Assembly: GCA_045592265.1 (NCBI GenBank)
Contig: JAZNUK010000011.1
Location: 9,011 to 73,010 of the forward strand
DNA: 64,000 nt
Direction: 5' to 3'
From: Candidatus Fimisoma sp.
GTDB taxonomy: Bacteria > Bacillota > Clostridia > Peptostreptococcales > Anaerovoracaceae
Each line of letters opens with the position of its first letter. Position 1 is the stretch's first letter. Under the pieces are notes generated by a model, which ran no database searches, was not told where the DNA came from, and saw nothing but the letters and a program-made list of their open reading frames with translations. A program made the translations under genes and the position numbers. This document shows positions 30,202-39,513 of this stretch, piece by piece.

Positions 30202-30996
30202 ATGTTGGTGCTAAAGGATATAGAAAAAACTTTTAACCGCGGCTCTGCCAATGAAAAAGCAGCTCTGAGGGGAATAAATCTTCATGTGAAAGAAGGAGAC
30301 TTTGTTACCGTAATCGGAGGAAACGGTGCCGGAAAATCCACAATGTTAAATGTTATTGCAGGGACATATATGGTGGACACCGGGCTTATTAAAATAGGCG
30401 GGGAAAACGTCACGGCACAGCCGGAACATATTAGAGCAAAAAAGATAGGCAGGGTGTTTCAGGATCCTACCATGGGAACAGCCGGAGATATGCAAATCGA
30501 AGAAAATCTTGCAATATCCTATAGGAGAGGTAAAAAACGTTGCTTAAGATGGGGAGTCAAAAAAGAAGAAAGAGAACGATACAAAAAAATGCTTAAACCC
30601 TTTGATTTAGGTCTGGAAGAAAGACTTTCAACAAAGGTTTGCCTCCTTTCGGGAGGCCAAAGACAAGCCCTTACATTACTGATGGCAACATTACAAAAAC
30701 CTGATCTGTTGCTTCTGGATGAGCACACGGCGGCACTAGATCCAAGAACTGCATCAAAGGTTCTTTCCATGACAGATGAACTTATTCGCGAAAATGGTCT
30801 TACAGCAATAATGGTCACTCACAATATGAAAGATGCAATAAAATACGGCAACAGGCTAATAATGATGATGGATGGAAAGATTATATATGACGTTTCCGGC
30901 GAGGAGAAGAAAAATCTTGAAGTGAAGGATCTTCTCAAGAAGTTTGAAACATCAGAGGGAGAAGAATTTGCCAATGACAGAATGTTGCTGATATAA
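30202..30996 (+). CDS. ABC transporter ATP-binding protein (COG1101 family)
   Basis: Walker A GGNGAGKST, signature LSGGQRQ, Walker B LLLLDEH. Confidence 0.9.
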   Translation: MLVLKDIEKTFNRGSANEKAALRGINLHVKEGDFVTVIGGNGAGKSTMLNVIAGTYMVDTGLIKIGGENVTAQPEHIRAKKIGRVFQDPTMGTAGDMQIEENLAISYRRGKKRCLRWGVKKEERERYKKMLKPFDLGLEERLSTKVCLLSGGQRQALTLLMATLQKPDLLLLDEHTAALDPRTASKVLSMTDELIRENGLTAIMVTHNMKDAIKYGNRLIMMMDGKIIYDVSGEEKKNLEVKDLLKKFETSEGEEFANDRMLLI

Positions 30997-31034
30997 AGTG
31001 TAATAATACTACAATTCATATACTTTTATCCTCC

Positions 31035-31075
31035 GACACCTCTTAATTGTATAAAGAGGTGTCTTTCCTTTTTTG
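31035..31075 (+). terminator. Intrinsic terminator after the ABC operon
   Basis: GACACCTCTT-loop-AAGAGGTGTC followed by a T-rich tract. Confidence 0.7.
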
Positions 31076-31211
31076 AAGGTTCATTTTTTGATTATTTATT
31101 TTTGGTTATTCAATTATTTTTTAACTATGACTTCACATTTTTGATTAGCGCTGGAAATATAAGTGTAAATATTATAAAATTAGAAATAATGTTTTATATA
31201 GGAGAAGAAAA

Positions 31212-31991
31212 ATGACACAAGAGTTACAAGCCATATTATTTCCTTTCCTGGGAACGGCGCTAGGTGCATCGACAGTTTTGTTTACTAAGGGGGAAATGAA
31301 CAGAAAAATTCAAAGGGCACTCCTTGGATTTGCTGCCGGAGTAATGGTGGCAGCTTCTGTATGGAGCCTTTTGATTCCGGCTATGAATCAGGCAGAAGAA
31401 ATGGGCAAATTTGCTTTTGTACCGGCAGTGATTGGTTTTTCTGTGGGAATGGCTTTTTTGATGTTGCTTGATAAGGTGGTGCCTCACCAACATATGAACA
31501 GTGATGAAGCAGAAGGGCCAACTTGCAATTTAAATAAATCTTCCATGATGACTCTTGCCGTAGCGCTGCACAATTTACCGGAGGGAATGGCCGTTGGCGT
31601 ACTGGTAGCAGGATGGTTATCCGGAACAGAAACGCTGTCTGCAGCAGGGGTAATGGCACTATCAATAGGCATAGCAATACAGAACTTCCCGGAAGGGGCA
31701 ATTGTATCCATGCCACTTAGAAGTAACGGCATGAAGAAGGGAAAAGCTTTTTTGTACGGAGTGCTTTCAGGTGCGGTAGAGCCTCTTGGTGCTGTTTTGA
31801 CAATTTTGGCCGCGGGGCTCATAGTTCCGCTGTTGCCATATCTTTTGAGCTTCGCCGCCGGGGCTATGATATATGTTGTGGTTGAAGAACTCATACCGGA
31901 AAGGTCTGAAGGAGAGCACTCTCATATAGGGACAATATTTTTCGGCATTGGTTTTGCCTTGATGATGGTTCTGGATGTGGCGTTGGGATAA
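31212..31991 (+). CDS. ZIP-family divalent metal transporter
   Basis: HNLPEGMAVG and QNFPEGA motifs, about 8 TM segments. Confidence 0.8.
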   Translation: MTQELQAILFPFLGTALGASTVLFTKGEMNRKIQRALLGFAAGVMVAASVWSLLIPAMNQAEEMGKFAFVPAVIGFSVGMAFLMLLDKVVPHQHMNSDEAEGPTCNLNKSSMMTLAVALHNLPEGMAVGVLVAGWLSGTETLSAAGVMALSIGIAIQNFPEGAIVSMPLRSNGMKKGKAFLYGVLSGAVEPLGAVLTILAAGLIVPLLPYLLSFAAGAMIYVVVEELIPERSEGEHSHIGTIFFGIGFALMMVLDVALG

Positions 31992-32035
31992 AAAAGAAGA
32001 GCTGTCGCACACCACTAACGCGACAGCCCCCGTTT

Positions 32036-32902
32036 TTATGTGACTTTTGTTTTATTTCCCAGGATTTCTCCTGCTGCAGCACCTCCCAGAATAAGCACGG
32101 CTCCCAAGAGCTGAAGAGGTGAAAGGACATCTCCCAGAAATATTGCAGCAAAGAACAGAGCCGATGCTGGGTCTATATAACTGCACAGAGCCACGCTTTG
32201 AGCGGGCAGTTCCTGTATAGAGGAGAAGTACAGAAAAAGTGCTATTCCCGTATGAAGAAGACCAACGACAATGGCATATATACCTGCCTCTGAAACCAGG
32301 TTCAGCCAAGGACCTTGATGGGTTATGGTGGTGTAAGGAATTATAATCAGCGCAGCACCTATGAGTTGAATAAGGGTCATTTCAAGACCGGAAAGTCCTT
32401 TGGTACTCTTGTTCAAAAGGGTTACTGAGGCGTAGAGAGCAGCGGCCACAAAACCCATAACAACTCCTCGTACAGGGTCGCTTCCGCCTATATTCACTCC
32501 AGTGACAATGAACATACCGGCGATTGCTGAAGCCGTTCCTAAAATTTTAAAAAGACTAAGACGTTCTTTGAATAAAATGGTAGCGGCAACCATGACGATA
32601 ATTGGTGCCATATAATATGTAAGAGTTGCAATGCTCACATCCACCAAGCGATAACTCTCGAAAAGAGCTACCCAGTTACCTCCCATTATCATTCCTGTAA
32701 GCATGAGCTTAGGGAACCATTTTTTGTATAAATCCTTGTCCGATTTGTTTTTAGTCAGGATAAAGACAACTCCAAGAAAAAGGGAGCCGAAAATTATTCT
32801 CCACATTACGATTTCGGCGCTTCCATATGGGATTTTGTTTACAAATATGGGTAGGGTTCCCCAGACTAACATTGCGAAAATTATTTTTGCGTATGATTTC
32901 AT
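32036..32902 (-). CDS. EamA/DMT-family transporter
   Basis: 288 aa with 10 predicted TM segments in two EamA-like halves. Confidence 0.75.
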   Translation of the reverse strand: MKSYAKIIFAMLVWGTLPIFVNKIPYGSAEIVMWRIIFGSLFLGVVFILTKNKSDKDLYKKWFPKLMLTGMIMGGNWVALFESYRLVDVSIATLTYYMAPIIVMVAATILFKERLSLFKILGTASAIAGMFIVTGVNIGGSDPVRGVVMGFVAAALYASVTLLNKSTKGLSGLEMTLIQLIGAALIIIPYTTITHQGPWLNLVSEAGIYAIVVGLLHTGIALFLYFSSIQELPAQSVALCSYIDPASALFFAAIFLGDVLSPLQLLGAVLILGGAAAGEILGNKTKVT

Positions 32903-33103
32903 TATTTGTCTCCTTGTTGCTCAATAAAACTATTATAGAAGCAAGTACATGTAATTGCAAGGAGATTGGCGGCTTTAGGCATTGGAATTTTAGGCTAAGG
33001 ACGCATTGAAATTATGGATAATGTGGAGTAAACTGGAATAAACAAAAATTAAATTGCCAATAAAGTATATTAATCGCAAAGAGCAAAACTTGGAGGGTAG
33101 CCA

Positions 33104-34435
33104 ATGATTAAGATTCCCACACAAGTGAAAACTGTATTGGATAAACTTGAACAGGCAGGCCATGAGGCCTTCCTGATAGGGGGCTGTATCAGAGATAGCA
33201 TAATGGGCATTGAACCCAAGGATTACGATGTGACCACATCTGCGCGACCTGATGAAACCAAGGCCGTTTTTCAAGGATACCCTGTCATAGAAACGGGTGT
33301 GAAACACGGCACGGTTACAGTTGTGATTGATGAAATGCCGGTTGAAATAACTACTTACAGAGTTGATGGTAATTATGCGGATAACCGTCATCCCCAAAAG
33401 GTTTGTTTTACTACCAGCTTACGGGAGGATGCGGCAAGGCGGGATTTTACCATCAATGCGATCGCCTACAATCCCGGTGTGGGCATTGTGGACTATTTCG
33501 GAGGTCTGGAAGATATAGAGGCGGGAGTTATTCGCTGTGTAGGTGAGCCGGCAAAGAGATTTGATGAAGATGCCTTGCGTATAATGCGGGCACTGAGATT
33601 TTCTTCTGTCAGCGGATTTAAGATTGAAGAAAAAACTGCAGAGGCGGCTGTAGATTGTCGAGGGTTACTCAGAAAAATAAGCGTAGAAAGAATTAGGGAG
33701 GAACTTGTCAAGCTGCTGTGCGGAAAGGATGCGCAGAGGATTCTCCTTGAGTATACGGAGATTTTGGGAGTGGTTTTGCCTGAACTTCTTGAAATGAGGG
33801 GCTTTCAGCAGCAAAATCCTCATCACATATACGATGTGTTGAAGCACACAGCCGTGGCAGTATCCAATGTACCGCCGGAGGCCGATCTACGCCTTGGGGC
33901 ACTGTTCCACGATATTGGCAAGCCCAGGTGCTTTTCGGTGGATGACGAAGGAATAGGTCATTTTTATGGTCACGGTAAAATCAGCGGCGAAATGGCAAGG
34001 GACATATTAAACCGATTGAAGTTTGATAACGTAACAAAAGACAGTGTCATTACGTTGGTTATTGCTCACGACGCCGTTATAGAAGATACGGAAAAAAGCG
34101 TCAAAAGAGCTTTGAACAGACTTTCCCCTGCAATGTTTTTTGAGCTGATTGCCCTCAAGCGGGCGGACAATATGGCGCAGAACCCCAAATATTCCTATAG
34201 ACAAAGTTACTATGACAGGTTGGAATCCATAGCAAAAGAAATAATTGAAAAAGAGGAGTGCTTTTCGCTGAAAGATCTGGTGGTGAATGGAGGCGATCTG
34301 TTGGAAATGGGAATTCCACCGGGAAAAACGATCGGTCAGGTACTGGAAAAACTCCTTGAAGCAGTTATTGCAGGAGAAGTGGCGAATGAAAAAGAGGAAT
34401 TATTGAAAAAAGTTATTGCTTTTTCCAAAAGCTGA
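33104..34435 (+). CDS. cca: CCA-adding tRNA nucleotidyltransferase with HD domain
   Basis: GGCIRDSIMG...DYD nucleotidyltransferase motif, RRDFTINA, and HDIGKP of the HD domain. Confidence 0.85.
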   Translation: MIKIPTQVKTVLDKLEQAGHEAFLIGGCIRDSIMGIEPKDYDVTTSARPDETKAVFQGYPVIETGVKHGTVTVVIDEMPVEITTYRVDGNYADNRHPQKVCFTTSLREDAARRDFTINAIAYNPGVGIVDYFGGLEDIEAGVIRCVGEPAKRFDEDALRIMRALRFSSVSGFKIEEKTAEAAVDCRGLLRKISVERIREELVKLLCGKDAQRILLEYTEILGVVLPELLEMRGFQQQNPHHIYDVLKHTAVAVSNVPPEADLRLGALFHDIGKPRCFSVDDEGIGHFYGHGKISGEMARDILNRLKFDNVTKDSVITLVIAHDAVIEDTEKSVKRALNRLSPAMFFELIALKRADNMAQNPKYSYRQSYYDRLESIAKEIIEKEECFSLKDLVVNGGDLLEMGIPPGKTIGQVLEKLLEAVIAGEVANEKEELLKKVIAFSKS

Positions 34436-34619
34436 ATATATAATATAAAAGCACGTTTGTGCCTTGGGAGCAGGATGGGAATCCGTCCGGAAGCCCCAAA
34501 ACTAAATAAGTTTTAGTATATCGAAGACGATTTTGACGGACCGCAAGACGGCAAAATCCCAGTAGACAAAGCCGAAGCCGTTTGCTAAGTGCAAACTCAG
34601 TAGGTAGAAAGGAAAAGAA

Positions 34620-35048
34620 ATGAAATCATTTATCGCTAAACCTGCAGAAGTAGAACGTAAATGGTACGTTGTTGATGCAGAAGGCAAGACCCTCGGAAGA
34701 ATGGCTTCCGAAATCGCTTCTGTTCTCAGAGGCAAAAACAAGCCAACCTTTACTCCTCATGTTGACTGTGGCGATTACGTAATCGTTATCAATGCAGAAA
34801 AGGTAGAAGTAACAGGTAAGAAAAGAAAAGAGAAAATCTACAAGAGACATACCGGATATCCGGGCGGCTTAAGAGAAACTACTTTTGAAAAGCTGCAGGC
34901 AAAGAAGCCGGAAGAAATCATCAGACATGCTGTAAAAGGTATGTTGCCTGATGGAAAACTTGGTAGACAGATGCTCAAGAAGTTAAAAGTTTATGCAGGC
35001 CCTGAACATGCACACGCTGCTCAGAAGCCGGAAGCTTTGGAAATCTAG
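34620..35048 (+). CDS. rplM: 50S ribosomal protein L13
   Basis: [17 protein letters not shown] signature. 142 aa. Confidence 0.95.
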   Translation: MKSFIAKPAEVERKWYVVDAEGKTLGRMASEIASVLRGKNKPTFTPHVDCGDYVIVINAEKVEVTGKKRKEKIYKRHTGYPGGLRETTFEKLQAKKPEEIIRHAVKGMLPDGKLGRQMLKKLKVYAGPEHAHAAQKPEALEI

Positions 35049-35065
35049 GAAAGGGGAAATAGACA

Positions 35066-35461
35066 ATGGCAAAGATTCAATATCAAGGAACAGGCAGAAG
35101 AAAAAGTTCAGTTGCTAGAGTTAGATTAATCCCTGGAACTGGAAAAATTACTGTCAACAAGAAAGACTTAGAAAACTATTTCAGCACTGAAATCGTAAAG
35201 AGAGAGGTTAGAAGACCTTTCGCAGTGGCAGGATGCGAAGGCAAGTACGACGTTATTGCCACAGTATACGGCGGCGGATTTACCGGTCAGGCAGGTGCTT
35301 TAAGACACGGTATTTCAAGAGCCCTCTGTGTAGCTGACAAAGAAAGCTACAGAGCTCCTTTAAAAGCAGCAGGTTTCTTAACAAGAGACCCAAGAATGAA
35401 AGAAAGAAAGAAGTACGGTTTAAAGAAAGCAAGAAGAGCAAGCCAGTTCTCCAAGCGTTAA
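35066..35461 (+). CDS. rpsI: 30S ribosomal protein S9
   Basis: [12 protein letters not shown] start, [19 protein letters not shown], and a C-terminal [12 protein letters not shown]. Confidence 0.95.
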   Translation: MAKIQYQGTGRRKSSVARVRLIPGTGKITVNKKDLENYFSTEIVKREVRRPFAVAGCEGKYDVIATVYGGGFTGQAGALRHGISRALCVADKESYRAPLKAAGFLTRDPRMKERKKYGLKKARRASQFSKR

Positions 35462-35496
35462 TCGAAACCGAATATTTCCGGAAATCGAAGCAAATC

Positions 35497-35531
35497 AAAA
35501 CCACTTTGGACTTTGTTCAAAGTGGTTTTTT
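35497..35531 (+). terminator. Intrinsic terminator after rpsI
   Basis: AAAACCACTTTG-loop-CAAAGTGGTTTT followed by TT. Confidence 0.75.
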
Positions 35532-35704
35532 GCGGGTAAGTTTATTTTTCAAATTGAACAAGAATTATCTGCAAAATAGCATAAATTTGAAGAAAGTACG
35601 GAAAAGAGACATTTTGCCTCTGTTATTTCTTTATGAAGTTTGATATAATTTAAACAATCTTAAATAAAAGTTTCTTTTTTTAAAAATGAGGAGGAAAATC
35701 CGAT

Positions 35705-37117
35705 ATGGGTAAAAAAGTTGCTCTTGACGAAAAGGGCTATCGCAAGTTTAGTATGCGTGACAATCTTGCATACGCAGCAGGAGACTTTGGTTGCAACATG
35801 TCATTTGCATTAAAGTCCACTTTAATTATTTTCTGGACACAGTTTATGGGTATGGATTCTATGCTGTACGCAGCACTGCTCTTGGTTGTGCAGGTGTGGG
35901 ATGCCATCAATGACCCTTTGATTGGTTCAATCATTGACGCAGACAGACATCAGTACAAACGCAACAAATTCCTTACTTACATATTTGTAGGTTCTATCGG
36001 TCTGGTTGTAGCGGGTGCACTTTGCTTTGTACCGTTACCAAACGCTTCAGCCATGGCAAAGAACATTATATTCGTTGCCGGATATGTAATTTGGGATGCT
36101 TTCTATACAGTTGCCAACGTACCTTACGGTTCATTGCTGTCATTAATCTCTGACGAACCGGGAGACCGTGCATCTCTTTCTGCATTCCGTTCCATCGGAA
36201 GCTTGGCAGGAAACATGGTACCTATGATAATTCTGCCGTTCATCATCTACGATAAAGAGGAGAACATCATAGGCGAAAGAGTATTCATCGCTGCTTTAAT
36301 TATGGGTATCTTAGGATTCTTAGCATTCCAGTTCATGATTAAAAACACTGAAATTCGTGTTGAAACAGACGTTAAAATAAGTGAAGAAACTCAGAAGTTC
36401 AATGTGATTAAGGCTATGGGTAACTTCCTGAAGAACAGACCGGCCGTAGGAGCTACTGTAGCAGCTATGGGTATGTTCATCGGTATGCAGGGTGCAGCTG
36501 CCGCAGTGACAGTATTGTTCCAGTCCTATTTTAAGGCTGTAGAGCTGTCCGGACTTGTAAACGCATTCTCCATGATTCCTATCATTCTGTTTACACCTCT
36601 TGCCCGTAAGATGGTAGTAAAGTATGGTAAGAAAGAGCTTGCAACTGTTGGATCCATCGCAAGTGTTATTGCAGGCATCGGCCTTGTAGTTCTTCCGATT
36701 TCTCCTGATATGAAGGGTGTTGGAATCTACATTGCTTGTCAGCTTGTATTTGCTCTCGGTATGGGTATCTACAGCACCGTTTCCTGGTCAATGATGGGAG
36801 ATGCTATCGACTACAATGAATGGAAGAACAATACAAGAGAAGAAGGTACCGTATATGCACTCCACTCTTTCTTCCGCAAACTGGCTCAGGGAGCTGGTCC
36901 TTCACTGGTGCTGGTTATCATGGTATGGCTGGGATATGTTGAAGAAAACAAGGGAAATCAGATTATGGAAGTTGCAGAAAATATGCGTTATCTGGTAGCG
37001 GTTTTATACTTGGCAGCAGCAGTATTCATGTTCGTTGGTCTGGTTCTTATCTATAACTTAGACAAGAAGACAACAGAGCAGATGAAGGAAGAATTGGCTG
37101 CTCGTCGTCAAGGCTAG
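35705..37117 (+). CDS. Glycoside-pentoside-hexuronide (GPH):cation symporter family MFS transporter
   Basis: WDAINDPLIGSIID GPH signature. 12 TM segments. 470 aa. Confidence 0.8.
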   Translation: MGKKVALDEKGYRKFSMRDNLAYAAGDFGCNMSFALKSTLIIFWTQFMGMDSMLYAALLLVVQVWDAINDPLIGSIIDADRHQYKRNKFLTYIFVGSIGLVVAGALCFVPLPNASAMAKNIIFVAGYVIWDAFYTVANVPYGSLLSLISDEPGDRASLSAFRSIGSLAGNMVPMIILPFIIYDKEENIIGERVFIAALIMGILGFLAFQFMIKNTEIRVETDVKISEETQKFNVIKAMGNFLKNRPAVGATVAAMGMFIGMQGAAAAVTVLFQSYFKAVELSGLVNAFSMIPIILFTPLARKMVVKYGKKELATVGSIASVIAGIGLVVLPISPDMKGVGIYIACQLVFALGMGIYSTVSWSMMGDAIDYNEWKNNTREEGTVYALHSFFRKLAQGAGPSLVLVIMVWLGYVEENKGNQIMEVAENMRYLVAVLYLAAAVFMFVGLVLIYNLDKKTTEQMKEELAARRQG

Positions 37118-37144
37118 TATTCTAGCTAAATAATGTAGCAAACA

Positions 37145-37170
37145 AAGCAGTCCCTTTGGGACTGCTTTTG
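37145..37170 (+). terminator. Intrinsic terminator
   Basis: AAGCAGTCCC-TTT-GGGACTGCTT followed by TTG. Confidence 0.7.
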
Positions 37171-37279
37171 TGGTAGGAAGTACAATCAAGAATAAAATAT
37201 ATTTTTCGACATTATAATTGAAATTGTTTCCTTAAAGGAATAGAATAATAGGAGATAAAATAGAAAAAAGGGGTGGAAG

Positions 37280-38212
37280 ATGAATATTCCCAAAACAGGA
37301 AAGGCAGTGCTTGCTTGCCTTTTAGGAGCATTATTATTTGGATTCAGTTTTATATTTATAAGGATGTGTGTAATAGAAACTCCACTTTTCACCATGTTGT
37401 CGTGGAGAAATATTATTGCAGTTACCGCCATGACAATCTGTGTTAAACTGGGTTGGCTTGACGTACATTTAAAAGGAAAGAATATAAAACCGTTGGTACT
37501 GTTGAGCTTATATCAGCCGGTTCTTTATTACATATTTGAAGCAGTGGGGGTAAAGCTGACAACCGCGTCCGAAAGTGGAGTCATGATTGCCTGTATACCA
37601 ATAGTTACAATGATTTTTAGTACTGTGTTCCTTAAAGACAAGCCGACAAAGATGCAAATTGTCTGCATGGTTATGACTGTACTTGGAGCAGTGATTGTGG
37701 CTGGAATAGGAGGGCTGCAGGCATCGGGAAACATAGGAGGATACATAATCCTTCTTCTGGCAGTATGTTGTGACGCAGCATTTTCTACCACATCTCAAAG
37801 TTTAAAGGATTTTACGGGAGCCGAAAAAACCTATGTGATGTGCATATCGGGAACCATTGCCTTTACTATTGGAGCTTTGATACAGAATGGCATAGGAGGA
37901 ACTCTCCAACAATATTTTACTTTACCTTTTACCGATGCAGGATTTTTGGTCTGCGTACTGTATCTGTCAATCGGCTGCAATGTAATTGCGTTTTTATCGG
38001 GGAATTATGCCATTTCGATAATAGGTGCCACCAGAAGGGCGGCCTTTGCCGGTGTTTCCACTGTAGTGACTGTTATAGCCGGTGTATTTATTTTAGGGGA
38101 ATCCTTTAGCTTGATTCAAGGAATTGCCACTGTGCTCATATTGGTAGGGGCAACAGGAGTTAACCTAGTAGGGGACAAAGAAAGAATTGGTAAAGTTTTT
38201 ATTGATAAATAA
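37280..38212 (+). CDS. EamA/DMT-family transporter
   Basis: 310 aa with 10 TM segments in two EamA repeats. Confidence 0.75.
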   Translation: MNIPKTGKAVLACLLGALLFGFSFIFIRMCVIETPLFTMLSWRNIIAVTAMTICVKLGWLDVHLKGKNIKPLVLLSLYQPVLYYIFEAVGVKLTTASESGVMIACIPIVTMIFSTVFLKDKPTKMQIVCMVMTVLGAVIVAGIGGLQASGNIGGYIILLLAVCCDAAFSTTSQSLKDFTGAEKTYVMCISGTIAFTIGALIQNGIGGTLQQYFTLPFTDAGFLVCVLYLSIGCNVIAFLSGNYAISIIGATRRAAFAGVSTVVTVIAGVFILGESFSLIQGIATVLILVGATGVNLVGDKERIGKVFIDK

Positions 38213-38324
38213 CTATTGCTATATTAAAATTAAGTAAGAAACTTGCGAAAGCGGAGATGGAGACTTTAGGTTTTGAAAAAAGGAACGCCTTAGTAAAAGG
38301 TTGAGGAAAATGGAGGATTTTATT

Positions 38325-39455
38325 ATGACAGATCAGTTAAAGAATGAAGTGCCGGTATTGACTCTTGAAAAGCCACAAGTTGAACAGGCATCAACGCCTC
38401 AGGAAATTCAGACTATAGATATTGAAGAGAGAATCGAGCTTACCGATGCTGAAATGAAAGTGGTTGATGATTTTGCAAAACAAATCGACATTACCAATAC
38501 CAACCATGTATTGCAATACGGAGCTGATGCTCAGCAAAAGATGGCAGAGTTTTCCGATGTAGCTTTGGAAAAGGTAAGAACTAAAGATTTGGGAACAGTT
38601 GGAGATACTCTGTCCGACTTAATTGTAGAACTTAATGGCTTTTCAGCGCTAGAAGAAGGGAAGGGTGGGTTTTTAGGTCTCTTTAAAAAAGCCGCTAACC
38701 CAGTTGCCAAATTGAAAGCAAAGTATACCAAGGCGGAAGCAAATGTTGAAAAAGTGGTTGATGCCCTTGAGGGACATCAGGCTACATTGACTAAAGACAT
38801 TGCTGTTTTAGACGAGATGTTTGCAGCAAACACCCAGAACTTCAAGCAACTTTCAATGTACATAGTTGCCGGAAAAAAGAAGCTGGAAGAGGCCCAGAAT
38901 GTTACTCTTCCTGAACTGAAAGCCAAAGCAGAAGCAAGCGGAGAACCTGCAGACGTTCAGGCAGCAAACGATTTTGCCAATATGTGCAACCGTTTTGAAA
39001 AGAAGCTTCATGACTTAGACCTGACAAGAACGGTTTCATTGCAAATGGCTCCACAAATCAGAATGGTACAGAATAATGACGCGTTGATGGTTGAGAAGAT
39101 TCAAACCACTCTTATCAATACAATTCCACTTTGGAAGAGCCAGATGGTTTTGGCCCTTGGTCTTGCAAACAATCAGGCAGCCATAGATGCACAGAAGTCT
39201 GTTACGGATACCACAAATGAACTTCTGAGAAAGAATGCGGAAGCTCTGAAAGATACAACTGTAGCGGTTGCTAAAGAGTCGGAAAGAGGTGTTGTAGATA
39301 TGGAAACGTTACAGAACACCAATAGACTCCTTATTGAGACCATTGATGAAGTGATGCAGATTCAAGAAGAAGGCAGACAAAAACGTAAGGCAGCAGAAGT
39401 GGAACTTGCCAAAATTGAAGGAGAATTAAAGACAAAATTACTGGAAGTAAGATAG
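38325..39455 (+). CDS. TelA-family toxic anion resistance protein
   Basis: ATG 38325 follows GGAGGA. The long coiled-coil protein has the architecture and length typical of TelA/KlaA. Confidence 0.7.
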   Translation: MTDQLKNEVPVLTLEKPQVEQASTPQEIQTIDIEERIELTDAEMKVVDDFAKQIDITNTNHVLQYGADAQQKMAEFSDVALEKVRTKDLGTVGDTLSDLIVELNGFSALEEGKGGFLGLFKKAANPVAKLKAKYTKAEANVEKVVDALEGHQATLTKDIAVLDEMFAANTQNFKQLSMYIVAGKKKLEEAQNVTLPELKAKAEASGEPADVQAANDFANMCNRFEKKLHDLDLTRTVSLQMAPQIRMVQNNDALMVEKIQTTLINTIPLWKSQMVLALGLANNQAAIDAQKSVTDTTNELLRKNAEALKDTTVAVAKESERGVVDMETLQNTNRLLIETIDEVMQIQEEGRQKRKAAEVELAKIEGELKTKLLEVR

Positions 39456-39513
39456 CACGTATTAATCCCACAAAGGTTAGTCTTTGTGGGATTTTGCAAA
39501 AGGAGGCTTTGTT

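Noticed and set aside
34436-34619. Possible ribosomal protein L13 leader (autoregulatory RNA) upstream of rplM.
   Set aside because: A 184-nt untranslated leader with GC-rich segments fits the idea, but I cannot reproduce the Rfam L13_leader structure from memory. It is left unannotated pending an Infernal search.
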